Assembly: GCA_910585915.1 (NCBI GenBank)
Contig: CAJUGF010000001.1
Location: 4,622-68,621, forward strand
DNA: 64,000 nt
Source: an uncultured Bacilli bacterium
GTDB taxonomy: Bacteria; Bacillota_I; Bacilli_A; RF39; UBA660
Direction of reading: 5' to 3'
In this document: one piece after another, positions 19,461 through 29,072 of the stretch
Position numbering within the stretch: the stretch's first letter is position 1
Layout of the letters: every line of letters begins with the position of its first letter
The notes under the pieces: generated by a model
What the model saw: the letters and a program-made list of their open reading frames with translations, nothing else
The model's database searches: none
Told to the model about the DNA's origin: nothing
Made by a program: the position numbers and the translations under genes

Positions 19461-20131
19461 AAAATGAATTAATTGTTGATCAAAATCCTAAATCTTCAGT
19501 AGCAGAAGCAATTCGTATTGTTCGTACTAATCTTCAATTTTCTTCAGCAGATAAAGAAGTTAAAACAATTTTAGTAACTTCGTCGATCGCAGGAGAAGGA
19601 AAAAGTTTTATTAGTTCTAATTTGGCTATTGCTTTTGCTCAAAATGGAAAAAAAGTATTATTAATTGATTGTGATTTACGAAGAGGCCGTTTACATCGAA
19701 TTTTTAATCTTGAAAATGATAAAGGGCTTTCTAATCTTTTGATTTCTGATATTCAAGCAAATTTTTCAGGATATTTACAGAAGACTAGAATTAAAAATTT
19801 ATTTTTATTGTCTAGTGGTAGTGTTCCTCCAAATCCTAGTGAACTTTTGGATTCTAAGAAAAATGAAACTCTTATTGAACTTTTAAGTAAAAAGTTTGAT
19901 TATATTATTTTTGATGGAACTCCAGTTGGAGGATTAACTGATTCGGTTATTATGGCTAAATATGTAGATAAGGTAGCTATTGTATGTGCTGTTAATTATA
20001 CAAAGGTTGATCAACTTGTTAATACACAAAAGACTTTAGAGAATATTGAAGCAGATATTGCAGGTGTTATTGTTAATAAGATTCCTGATATGCATAGTAG
20101 TTATTATGGCAATTATTATGTAGAAGATTAA
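19457..20131 (+). CDS. Tyrosine-protein kinase (CpsD/YwqD BY-kinase, P-loop ATPase)
   Basis: Walker A SSIAGEGKSF, Walker A' LLIDCDLRR, and a C-terminal Tyr cluster YYGNYYVED. Confidence 0.88.
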   Translation: MKNELIVDQNPKSSVAEAIRIVRTNLQFSSADKEVKTILVTSSIAGEGKSFISSNLAIAFAQNGKKVLLIDCDLRRGRLHRIFNLENDKGLSNLLISDIQANFSGYLQKTRIKNLFLLSSGSVPPNPSELLDSKKNETLIELLSKKFDYIIFDGTPVGGLTDSVIMAKYVDKVAIVCAVNYTKVDQLVNTQKTLENIEADIAGVIVNKIPDMHSSYYGNYYVED

Positions 20132-20176
20132 TTGAAACTGGATTATAATTTTCAGTTTTTTCTTTTGGAGGATTGT

Positions 20177-20611
20177 ATGAAATATAAACGTGTATTAAAA
20201 TGGATATTTTTATTATTTTGGATGATTCTTATTTTTTCTTTTTCTTCTCAAAATGGTAGTACAAGTTCTTCTGTTTCTAATTTTTTTGTTTCTTTTTTTG
20301 AAAATCATTGTTTTTTGGCAGTTGATTTAGTATTTTTAATACGAAAGGGTGCTCATTTTTTTGAATATTTTATTTTAGGTGTTTTAGTTCTTTTTTTAAT
20401 TCGAGAATATGTTCTACAGGAATGGAGAGCATTATTGTATTCTTTTTGTTGTTGTCTTTTTTATGCTATTAGTGATGAGATTCATCAGCTTTTTGTTGTT
20501 GGAAGAAGTGGAAGAGTTATGGATGTTATTATTGATGGTTGTGGAGCACTTTTAGGAATTTTAATTTTTAGTTTTCTTCTGCTATTGAAAAAAAAGTCAA
20601 GAAAAAATTGA
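20177..20611 (+). CDS. VanZ-family membrane protein
   Basis: 4 TM; GAHFFEY ... DEIHQLFVVGRSGRVMDVIIDGCGALLG matches the VanZ-like signature. Confidence 0.7.
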   Translation: MKYKRVLKWIFLLFWMILIFSFSSQNGSTSSSVSNFFVSFFENHCFLAVDLVFLIRKGAHFFEYFILGVLVLFLIREYVLQEWRALLYSFCCCLFYAISDEIHQLFVVGRSGRVMDVIIDGCGALLGILIFSFLLLLKKKSRKN

Positions 20612-20875
20612 TATTTTGTCATTTTTGGTGTAAACTATGTAGTATAGTAGAGGGATTTGTCGAATGCCTTTTGTTGCATTGTCCTCTTTGCTTTTTATAA
20701 TAGTTTTTTTGAGGTGACTGGTATGATTTTTTTTCTTATAGGTAGTTTCTTTTTTTGTTATTCTTTTTGCGTTTCAGCATCTAAAGAAACTGTTGAGTTG
20801 GAGGAATGTTAATCTAAAGTTTGCATTCTGAGTGCTTTTTTGATATAGTTGTTCAGAAAGATAGTAGGGATGTTT

Positions 20876-22330
20876 ATGGCAAAAAGTAAGGGAAACAATA
20901 GATTAAGTACTAATACTTTTCGTATTTTTCGTATTGGTGGTTATGTAAGTTTTTTGCTCCTTATGATTTTTGATTATTTTTTATATCAGTTGGATGTATT
21001 GCCAAGCAAATATTTATTTTTGCTTTTGATTGTGACTTTATTAGTGGAGTTATTTGCTATTGGAGCAATTTTATTTTTTAAGAAGCCTCTTAAGATTGCA
21101 GGATTTGTTGTTGTTATAATTTTTGGCCTATTTAGTGGAATCGGTATTTATTATGGATATCATGCAAATTCTTTTTTAAATGATTCTTTTCGAAATAGTA
21201 AGCTTAATTCTTCTGCTACTTATTATATAATTGTTCCAAATGATAGTAATATCTCTTCAATAAACGATATTGATTCAACCTTTTCTTATTTGTCTGGAAC
21301 TTATTTAATTGATCAAGCTCTTATTAGTTTTCAGGAGAAAAAAAATATTCAAATGACTTCTTATGATGATGCACTTACTATGTTTCAGGATTTAAAAAGT
21401 CATTTGATTTTAGGTGCTTTAGTAGATCAGACTTCTTATCAATTGATTTTAGAAATGAAAAATGAATTTGTAGAAAGTGATTTTAAAGTAATTGATTCTT
21501 TTGAGGTTCAAATGGAAGTAGAAAATGATACGATTAGTAATAGTTCTGATAAGTTTCAAGTTTATATTGGGGGAAATGATTTTACGAATAGTTTAATGGA
21601 CTTTAATATGATTGTGACTATTAATACGAAGAGTCATCGAATTTTATTTACGAGTATTCCTCGTGATTATTATATTCCAGTTTTTGGATATGATGGAAGA
21701 CGTGATACATTAAGTTTTATGGGTGCCCGAGGTATTGAAGTTAATCGTAGGTCTTTGGCTGATTTTTTAGGAATGGATTTAAATTATTTTATGAAGCTTG
21801 AAACGAAGAGTTTGGTAGGTATTGTAGATCAAGTGGGGGGAATTACTTATTGTTCTGATCGAAGTTTTACTACTACGCATGCAACAATATTGGATACTTA
21901 TGATGATTCTAAGGGGAATAAGTTAGATGTTAAAAAAGGATGCCAGAAATTAAATGGGATTGAAGCTTTGACTGTTGCTCGTGAACGCCTTGCATTTCCA
22001 GGTGGAGATCGTCAACGTCAAAAGAATTGTCAACAAATTATTATGGCAATTTTCAAACAACTGATTAGCACTAATACTATTACTAATTATAATAATATTT
22101 TAAGTTCTTTAAGTGATTTATATCAAACTAATATTCCAAGAGAGATCATTACTGATTTAATTAAAGAAACCATTGCTGGAGCAGAGTGGGATATAGAGAA
22201 TCAATCTATGGATGGAAGTGATTCTAATAATTTTGTTCATTTGTCTAATTTAAGAAGCTATGTTATGATTCCTAACCCTGATTCTGTGGAAGAAGCAAAA
22301 ATAAAAATGAAGGATATTTTAGATTCTTAG
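20876..22330 (+). CDS. LytR-CpsA-Psr (LCP) family glycopolymer-peptidoglycan ligase
   Basis: N-terminal TM segments then the LCP core (ILFTSIPRDYYIPVFGYDGRRDTLSF ... LVGIVDQVGGI). Confidence 0.85.
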   Translation: MAKSKGNNRLSTNTFRIFRIGGYVSFLLLMIFDYFLYQLDVLPSKYLFLLLIVTLLVELFAIGAILFFKKPLKIAGFVVVIIFGLFSGIGIYYGYHANSFLNDSFRNSKLNSSATYYIIVPNDSNISSINDIDSTFSYLSGTYLIDQALISFQEKKNIQMTSYDDALTMFQDLKSHLILGALVDQTSYQLILEMKNEFVESDFKVIDSFEVQMEVENDTISNSSDKFQVYIGGNDFTNSLMDFNMIVTINTKSHRILFTSIPRDYYIPVFGYDGRRDTLSFMGARGIEVNRRSLADFLGMDLNYFMKLETKSLVGIVDQVGGITYCSDRSFTTTHATILDTYDDSKGNKLDVKKGCQKLNGIEALTVARERLAFPGGDRQRQKNCQQIIMAIFKQLISTNTITNYNNILSSLSDLYQTNIPREIITDLIKETIAGAEWDIENQSMDGSDSNNFVHLSNLRSYVMIPNPDSVEEAKIKMKDILDS

Positions 22331-22404
22331 GAATTTATATATCTTTTTTTCTTGGTAATTGGAAGCATACGTGTTATAATATTTCCACTTTTGGTGGGGT
22401 GCAT

Positions 22405-22950
22405 ATGAATATTTTAAACGATAAACATATTTCAAAAATGGATGCGATTACTTTGGATTATACTTATAAGTATCCTAGAGAGTATCCAGGGAAAACTATG
22501 TGTGGGGTTTCTTCTGATAGTCTTCAATATCATTATGAAATTTTACTTCAAATGATGTTAAAAGAGCAAATTCCAGATATTTTTTCTATTTTTAAATTAC
22601 TTCAAGGGTACGAAGTATTTAAGGCACAAGAAGAACTTGCTAGTCTTGGAGATATGTCATTGCATAGAGTTATAGGTGATGAAAATTTTAGTGGTTTCTT
22701 TTGCTTTTTTTGCCCATTAAAATTATCAGATAGTCAATTATTAAGATTACGAATGTGGTATGAATATACTAAAATTAGATCGTGTTGTTTGAATTTTCAT
22801 GTCTTATCTTATCAAGGATTTGTTGATTATGAAGCTACTTCTGATGTTCAATCTTATTTTCAACAACAACAAATTATGGATGATGAATTTGTGTTATCTC
22901 TTGTTAAAAAATATCCTAATTATTGTGATTTTTATGATATAGCATCTTAA
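22405..22950 (+). CDS. Hypothetical protein
   Basis: ORF with RBS GGTGGGGTG; Cys-rich; no recognisable domain. Confidence 0.4.
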   Translation: MNILNDKHISKMDAITLDYTYKYPREYPGKTMCGVSSDSLQYHYEILLQMMLKEQIPDIFSIFKLLQGYEVFKAQEELASLGDMSLHRVIGDENFSGFFCFFCPLKLSDSQLLRLRMWYEYTKIRSCCLNFHVLSYQGFVDYEATSDVQSYFQQQQIMDDEFVLSLVKKYPNYCDFYDIAS

Positions 22951-23014
22951 ATATTAAATATGGGTGTTTGTTCTAAAACATGATATTTTCTATATATTTT
23001 ATATAGGTGATACC

Positions 23015-24922
23015 ATGTTTTTTAATGATGTTCATACTAGAATTCGTTTTGTTTTTTTAGTGGTTTTATGTATTTTACTTGCGATTGTGATTCGGGTATT
23101 TTATATTCAAGTATTTCAATATGAAAAACTTCATGATTTAGCATCTTCATTATGGAGTAGGGAACTTCCTATTACAGCCGATCGAGGAGAAATTGTGGAT
23201 CGTAATGGAAAAGTCTTAGCAACTAATATTACGACGACTTCTTTGGTTATTATTCCTAATCAGGTTGTTAATCCAGAAGAGGTCTCCAAAAAGCTTTCTG
23301 ATATTTTAAAGTGTGATTATGAAGCAATGCTTCGTCATGTTACAAAGAAGACAAGTATTGAACGAGTTCATCCAGAGGGACGTCAGCTTTCTTATGATAT
23401 TGCTTCACAAATTGATGATTTGAATTTGGATGGGGTTTATTTGGTTAAGGAAAGTAAACGATATTATCCTTATGGAAATGTTCTTTCACATGTTTTAGGT
23501 TATGTAGGAATTGATAATCAAGGTTTATCAGGTCTTGAAATGACTTATGATCAATATTTAACAGGAGAAAATGGAGCAATTAAGTATTTTTCAGATGGTA
23601 AGGGAAATCGTTTGGAAATGACAGAGGTATATGAGGAGCCTCAAAATGGAATTAATTTGCAATTAACAATTGATTTAGATATTCAGCTTGCGGTTGAACG
23701 TGAACTTGATAATATTATGACTAAGTATACACCAGAACATGCTCTTATTATGGCAATGAATCCAAAAACTGGTGAAATTTTAGCAATGGGTAGTCGTCCT
23801 AGTTTTGATTCAAATGATTATCAATCTTATTCTACTGAGGTTATTAATCGAAATTTACCTATTTGGATGACTTATGAACCAGGATCAACTTTTAAAATCA
23901 TGACGCTTGCTGCTTCGATGGAAGAAAAAACGATTAATTTGTTTGAGGATCAATATTTTGATGGAGGAGCAATTACAGTTGAAGGTGCCACCATTCATTG
24001 TTGGAAACATGGTGGACATGGAGCACAAACATTTTTAAATGTAGTTGAAAATTCTTGCAACCCTGGGTTCGTTGTAATGGGACAGAAACTAGGGACAGAA
24101 ACACTTATGAAGTATATTCGAAATTTTGGTTTTGGGTCTAAAACTGGTATTGATTTAAATGGAGAAAGTAATGGTATTTTATTTAAAAATGAAAATATGG
24201 GGCCCGTAGAGCTTGCAACAACTAGTTTTGGGCAAGGTATTTCGGTTACTCCGATTCAACAAGTTACAGCAGTATCTGCAGTAGTAAATGGTGGAACTCT
24301 TTATCAGCCTTATATTGTTGGAAGTATGTTAGAGCCAGAAACTAATTCCATAATCCAAAAAAATGAACCAAAGGTAGTTCGTCAGGTGATTAGCGAAGAA
24401 TCTAGTAAGATGGTGCGTTATGCTCTTGAAAGTGTTGTGGCTCATGGAAGTGGAAGAAATGCTTATATTGAAAATTATCGTGTTGGGGGAAAAACGGGAA
24501 CGGCGCAAAAGGTTTTAAATGGAGCATATCAAGCGGGAAATTATATTTTATCTTTTATTGGATTTATGCCAGCAGATGATCCTGAAATTGTGGTTTATGT
24601 AGCTGTAGATCATCCTGTTGGAGTTGTGCAATATGGAGGAACTGTATCTGCACCTATTGCTAAAAGTGTCTTACAAACGGCCATTGAAGTACTCGATATT
24701 GATCCAAGTAGTGAAGGTATGGAAAAAGAGTATAATTGGATGGACACAAAATATGTGACTTTACCTGATGTTACAGGGATGACTTTGGATGAAGCTAAGA
24801 AAGTTTTAAAAGGATTTAATTTGGAATATTCTGGAGATGGAGAAACTGTTTTGTATCAAAGTCCAAGTGCAGGGTATTATGTTCGAGAGGGAGGAACAGT
24901 TAAATTAATGCTTCAATCATAA
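23015..24922 (+). CDS. Class B penicillin-binding protein (second FtsI/PBP2x/SpoVD-like transpeptidase) with C-terminal PASTA domain
   Basis: TM anchor, STFK (SxxK), SCN, KTGTA, and a C-terminal PASTA-like segment (VTLPDVTGMTLDEAKKVLKG). Confidence 0.88.
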   Translation: MFFNDVHTRIRFVFLVVLCILLAIVIRVFYIQVFQYEKLHDLASSLWSRELPITADRGEIVDRNGKVLATNITTTSLVIIPNQVVNPEEVSKKLSDILKCDYEAMLRHVTKKTSIERVHPEGRQLSYDIASQIDDLNLDGVYLVKESKRYYPYGNVLSHVLGYVGIDNQGLSGLEMTYDQYLTGENGAIKYFSDGKGNRLEMTEVYEEPQNGINLQLTIDLDIQLAVERELDNIMTKYTPEHALIMAMNPKTGEILAMGSRPSFDSNDYQSYSTEVINRNLPIWMTYEPGSTFKIMTLAASMEEKTINLFEDQYFDGGAITVEGATIHCWKHGGHGAQTFLNVVENSCNPGFVVMGQKLGTETLMKYIRNFGFGSKTGIDLNGESNGILFKNENMGPVELATTSFGQGISVTPIQQVTAVSAVVNGGTLYQPYIVGSMLEPETNSIIQKNEPKVVRQVISEESSKMVRYALESVVAHGSGRNAYIENYRVGGKTGTAQKVLNGAYQAGNYILSFIGFMPADDPEIVVYVAVDHPVGVVQYGGTVSAPIAKSVLQTAIEVLDIDPSSEGMEKEYNWMDTKYVTLPDVTGMTLDEAKKVLKGFNLEYSGDGETVLYQSPSAGYYVREGGTVKLMLQS

Positions 24923-25031
24923 TTTAGTGATTTTTCTATATAATAAAATAGGTGTAAAATTGTGTCAAAAAGTAAAGCAGATCAAAGGTTTGTCACAAGA
25001 GCATGTTATAATAAGATATGAGGTGAGCGTT

Positions 25032-26024
25032 ATGCTAATTCTTGCCAAAGCAGCCATGGCGATGATGCTTGGATTTATTTTTTCAATTTTGTGTGCATTA
25101 ATTTTAATTCCACTTCTTCGGAAATTGCATGTTGGACAAAGTGTTAGTAAAACGCTTGGTGAGCGTCATTTGAAAAAAGATGGTGTCCCTACAATGGGAG
25201 GGCTCATTTTTATTATTCCAGTGATCGTTTCGTTAGTTTTTTTATATTTTAATAAAAGCATTCAAATAAATCATAATTTGATTATTTTGGTTTTGGTCTT
25301 TTTAGCATATGCTGGACTGGGATTTATTGATGATTTTTTAAAAATTCATTTTCGAAATAATACTGGACTTAAAATAACTAGTAAGTTATTAATTCAAATG
25401 GTGATTGCTCTTGTATTTTTTTATATTTTTATGAAAAATGGTGGAGAACCTATTCTTCGAATTACATCACTCCGTTTGGTTATTCCAATGGGGTGGATGT
25501 TTGGTTTATTTATTTTATTCTTGTTAGTTGGTACTAGTAATGCTGTTAATATTACTGATGGATTGGATGGATTAGCTGGGGGACTTTGTGTTATTGCTTT
25601 CTTTGCATTTGGAGTCATTTCTTGGAATACTGGATGGATGGAAGGATACCAAGAGATTGCCATTTTCTGCTTTATTTTAGTAGGAAGTTTGCTTGGATTT
25701 TTACTTTTTAATACACATCCTGCAAAAATTTTTATGGGTGATTTAGGGAGCCTTGCGTTAGGAGGAGCTCTTGCTACTATTGCTATTTTAACACGACATG
25801 AATTGTCTTTGGGCCTTGTTGGAGGGGTATTTGTAGTGGAGACGATTTCTTCATTTATTCAAATTGTTTCCATTCGCAAATTTCATAAAAAAATATTTAA
25901 AATGGCACCTTTGCATCATCATTTTGAACAACTTGGATGGGCAGAAACAGATATTGTTAAATTGTTTTGGGTTATTGGTCTTATTTTGGCAATGGCAGCG
26001 ATTACGTATGGAGTGTGGATTTAA
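25032..26024 (+). CDS. mraY: Phospho-N-acetylmuramoyl-pentapeptide-transferase
   Basis: RBS GAGGTGA; 10-TM MraY fold, with DD motif region (NAVNITDGLDGLA) and HHHFE. Confidence 0.92.
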   Translation: MLILAKAAMAMMLGFIFSILCALILIPLLRKLHVGQSVSKTLGERHLKKDGVPTMGGLIFIIPVIVSLVFLYFNKSIQINHNLIILVLVFLAYAGLGFIDDFLKIHFRNNTGLKITSKLLIQMVIALVFFYIFMKNGGEPILRITSLRLVIPMGWMFGLFILFLLVGTSNAVNITDGLDGLAGGLCVIAFFAFGVISWNTGWMEGYQEIAIFCFILVGSLLGFLLFNTHPAKIFMGDLGSLALGGALATIAILTRHELSLGLVGGVFVVETISSFIQIVSIRKFHKKIFKMAPLHHHFEQLGWAETDIVKLFWVIGLILAMAAITYGVWI

Positions 26025-26047
26025 CAGATAGTTTATCTGTTTTTTGT
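26025..26047 (+). terminator. Intrinsic terminator after mraY
   Basis: ACAGATA-gtt-TATCTGT hairpin plus a T6 run. Confidence 0.55.
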
Positions 26048-26098
26048 TGTAAATTTTTACTTTTTGTTTTATTATAATCCCAATTTGGGAGGATTAAG

Positions 26099-27004
26099 AT
26101 GAGTGACCAATTTAATGAAGCAGTAACGCAAAATATGGAAAAATCTTATGAGCGTGAGGATCAATTTTTTTTAGAATATTATAATTATTTAAAACAGTAT
26201 CCCACTGTTATTTCACGATTTCACCGACTTTGTCGAAATCTTTCAAGAGATTTAAGGATTATTTTAAAAGCTGAAATTTTGCCAACTCTTTCTTTTTATG
26301 ATCAACAGAAATACTATGATATGTTATCAGATTTTGATATGCGTATTTTGGACGAAGCTTTAGATTGTATTCGTGAAATTGCAACTTCAAAAGATTCACA
26401 AAAGGAATTAAGAAAATGGGCAAAACTTCCTTGGTTTGATATTCAAAATTATGATGATGAATATTATACTGTAACTTTTTTAGGGCATCAATATTCTTTT
26501 CAATCACTTCGATTTCTTTATGGTAGTGATGTAGAGAAAATTTGTGATTTTCATCGAATGGAACATTACTCTGTTCATGATGAAGTAGGGTATGATGCAT
26601 ATGCACCTGGAAATTTGGATTATGCTTGTCATTTTTCTAGTTATCATTTTGCATTGATGCATCCAAATCTTTATGCTATGACTAGTTTATGTCCTCATAC
26701 AGTAAATGATGGTGTCTGGTATCATAGTTATAATCTGTCTGGTAATGAAAAGACAGTGTATGATGTTGCGAATGGATTTATTATGGATTATGATTGTTTT
26801 CAAAAACTTTTGGAACCAATTAATTTGGATCAAACTTTAGGTGCAAGCATTTTAGAAAGAGAAAAGGAATTACTTCAGGCAGATAATTTTTTTTACCAGA
26901 TGTATGGCGATTATTGCCCATTAAAAGGGTTTGCTTTCCAAAATTTCGATCGAATGGAACAAGCTGAACAGGCAAAACTTTTAAAAAATATTTCCAGATT
27001 TTAA
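26099..27004 (+). CDS. Hypothetical protein (Cys/His/Tyr-rich, no TM)
   Basis: RBS GGGAGGA; no recognisable domain. It occupies the slot where murD is commonly found between mraY and ftsW. Confidence 0.45.
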   Translation: MSDQFNEAVTQNMEKSYEREDQFFLEYYNYLKQYPTVISRFHRLCRNLSRDLRIILKAEILPTLSFYDQQKYYDMLSDFDMRILDEALDCIREIATSKDSQKELRKWAKLPWFDIQNYDDEYYTVTFLGHQYSFQSLRFLYGSDVEKICDFHRMEHYSVHDEVGYDAYAPGNLDYACHFSSYHFALMHPNLYAMTSLCPHTVNDGVWYHSYNLSGNEKTVYDVANGFIMDYDCFQKLLEPINLDQTLGASILEREKELLQADNFFYQMYGDYCPLKGFAFQNFDRMEQAEQAKLLKNISRF

Positions 27005-27021
27005 AAAGGGGAGGATTTTCT

Positions 27022-27837
27022 ATGACGCAGTATTCTGTGCTACCAAAAAAATATCAATTTGACCTATTACCTCAAATTGATAGCTATTCTCATTGTCGTA
27101 TTTATGACAATGAACTTATTATTAAAGAATATGAATCATGTTGTTATAATTTGTCAGTGCTTGATCAAATTATTCATTTGGATTTGCCTGGATATTCTTT
27201 TGCAGAAAGAATTTATTGTAATGAGGATTTATCTAAATTTTATCTTGTTGGTCCATTTTATAAAGATTATTGTAGTATAAGCGATGCTAATTTTATTATA
27301 TCTGATAAGGTTAATGGATTAATTGTTATGAAAAAAATGTTACTTCATTTAAAAGAGGCACATAAAAAAGGTTTTAATCCTTATGATAATCATGGAGGAA
27401 ATTATATAGTAAATTCTTTTTTGAATGTTTTAGGAATTGACTGTGATTATTCTTGTTTTCGAAAGCAATTTACTTTTGTTATTGATTCTATTCCAGCATA
27501 TTTTGAAGATTTTTTTGATAATGATATGTTTATAGATTTTCAATTTTCATCTTATTATTTGAACCTATTTGATAAGTTTCAGATGTTAGATATGTTCTTT
27601 TATTATCTTCGATTTAATGAATTTAGAAGGTATAATATTTTTGGAATTGAGGTTTTGAATCAAATTAAACCTATTTTAAGAGATATTCCTTTACCCAATA
27701 ATGTTCAAAATTATTTACAAAAGTTATTTTGTGGAATGATACCAAATTTCGATGATTATTTTATTGAAGAACTTATTGATCCTTTGATTTGTTACTATGC
27801 TAATCAAAATGTGAGAAAGAGAAAAGGAGAAGAATAA
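27022..27837 (+). CDS. Hypothetical protein with possible protein-kinase-like (PKL) fold
   Basis: RBS GGGGAGGA. HLKEAHKKGFNPYDNHGGNYIVN resembles the catalytic-loop pattern of APH/Kdo/RIO-type kinases (H..D....N.hv). The following LGIDCDYS resembles the DFG-equivalent IDxD. Tentative. Confidence 0.35.
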   Translation: MTQYSVLPKKYQFDLLPQIDSYSHCRIYDNELIIKEYESCCYNLSVLDQIIHLDLPGYSFAERIYCNEDLSKFYLVGPFYKDYCSISDANFIISDKVNGLIVMKKMLLHLKEAHKKGFNPYDNHGGNYIVNSFLNVLGIDCDYSCFRKQFTFVIDSIPAYFEDFFDNDMFIDFQFSSYYLNLFDKFQMLDMFFYYLRFNEFRRYNIFGIEVLNQIKPILRDIPLPNNVQNYLQKLFCGMIPNFDDYFIEELIDPLICYYANQNVRKRKGEE

Positions 27838-27886
27838 TCTTCTTTTTTTTTCATAATATTTTATAGGCGTCAAAAGGAGGAGAAAA

Positions 27887-28972
27887 ATGAAAAATAAGAA
27901 AATGGATTATTTTTTGTTTTTTGCTGTTCTTTTGATTGGAGTCTTTGGAATGATTATGATTTATTCTGCAAGTAGTATTTGGGCAGAATATAGGTTTCAT
28001 GATGCATTTAAATTTGTGAAAGCACAAGCCGTTTTCTTTCTTGTAGGGATTATACTTATCAATGTGATATCAAAGATTGATTATCATTTGTATCTTAAAT
28101 ATTCAAATAAAATTTTAGCCATTTGTTTTCTTTTACTAGTGTTAGTATTAATTCCTGGCATCGGAACAATTCGAAATGGATCTCGAAGTTGGTTTGGGCT
28201 TGGTGGTTTTGGTATTCAACCTTCTGAGTTTGCTAAGATTGGTTTAATTATTTATACTGCTAAGTATTTATCAAAGCACCAAAGAGAGATGCGAGATATT
28301 AAGAAGGGTGTTTTACCAATTTTGATGGTTATTGGCGTTTTTTTCTTACTTATTATGTTGGAACCTGATTTTGGAACAGCTATGGTTATTGTTTTAACAT
28401 TAGTGTGTATGATTTTTGTAAGTGGCGTTAAGATTTCCTTCTTTGTAAAAATGGGCCTTTTAGGGATTTTAGGAATTGTTGCACTTATTATTGTTGCACC
28501 ATATCGAATGGCAAGAATTGTTTCATTTTTAAATCCATGGACAGATCCTTTAGGAAGTGGATTTCAAATTATTCAATCGCTTTATGCAATTGGACCTGGG
28601 GGATTACTTGGGCAAGGATTTTTGAATAGTCATCAAAAGCATTTTTATTTGCCAGAGCCACAAACAGATTTTATTTTTTCAATTATTAGTGAAGAATTCG
28701 GCTTTCTTGGTGTTTTGATTGTGGTTAGTTTTTTCTTTTTCATTTTTTATCGTACTTTAAAGATTAGCATGAGTACAAATGATGCTTTTGGAAAATATTT
28801 ATCTTTTGGTCTTTCTTTTGGTATTATTATTCAAGCTGTTTTGAATTTATGTGTTGTTATTGGATTAATTCCTGTCACAGGAGTTACTTTGCCATTTTTA
28901 TCTTATGGAGGAAGTAGTTTACTCGTAAGTATGGCGAGTATTGGAATTATTTTAAATATTAGCAAAAATTAA
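27887..28972 (+). CDS. ftsW: SEDS-family peptidoglycan glycosyltransferase FtsW/RodA
   Basis: RBS AAAGGAGG; 10-TM SEDS protein with PFLSYGGSSLL-type C-terminal motif. Confidence 0.9.
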   Translation: MKNKKMDYFLFFAVLLIGVFGMIMIYSASSIWAEYRFHDAFKFVKAQAVFFLVGIILINVISKIDYHLYLKYSNKILAICFLLLVLVLIPGIGTIRNGSRSWFGLGGFGIQPSEFAKIGLIIYTAKYLSKHQREMRDIKKGVLPILMVIGVFFLLIMLEPDFGTAMVIVLTLVCMIFVSGVKISFFVKMGLLGILGIVALIIVAPYRMARIVSFLNPWTDPLGSGFQIIQSLYAIGPGGLLGQGFLNSHQKHFYLPEPQTDFIFSIISEEFGFLGVLIVVSFFFFIFYRTLKISMSTNDAFGKYLSFGLSFGIIIQAVLNLCVVIGLIPVTGVTLPFLSYGGSSLLVSMASIGIILNISKN

Positions 28973-29072
28973 CTATAGTTATAATGATTAGATTTTTATG
29001 AGTTTTTTGAAATTTTAGTGTTGCCAAACTAACTGTTCAATGTCATAATAATTTTCGAAGGTGATTTTTAAC

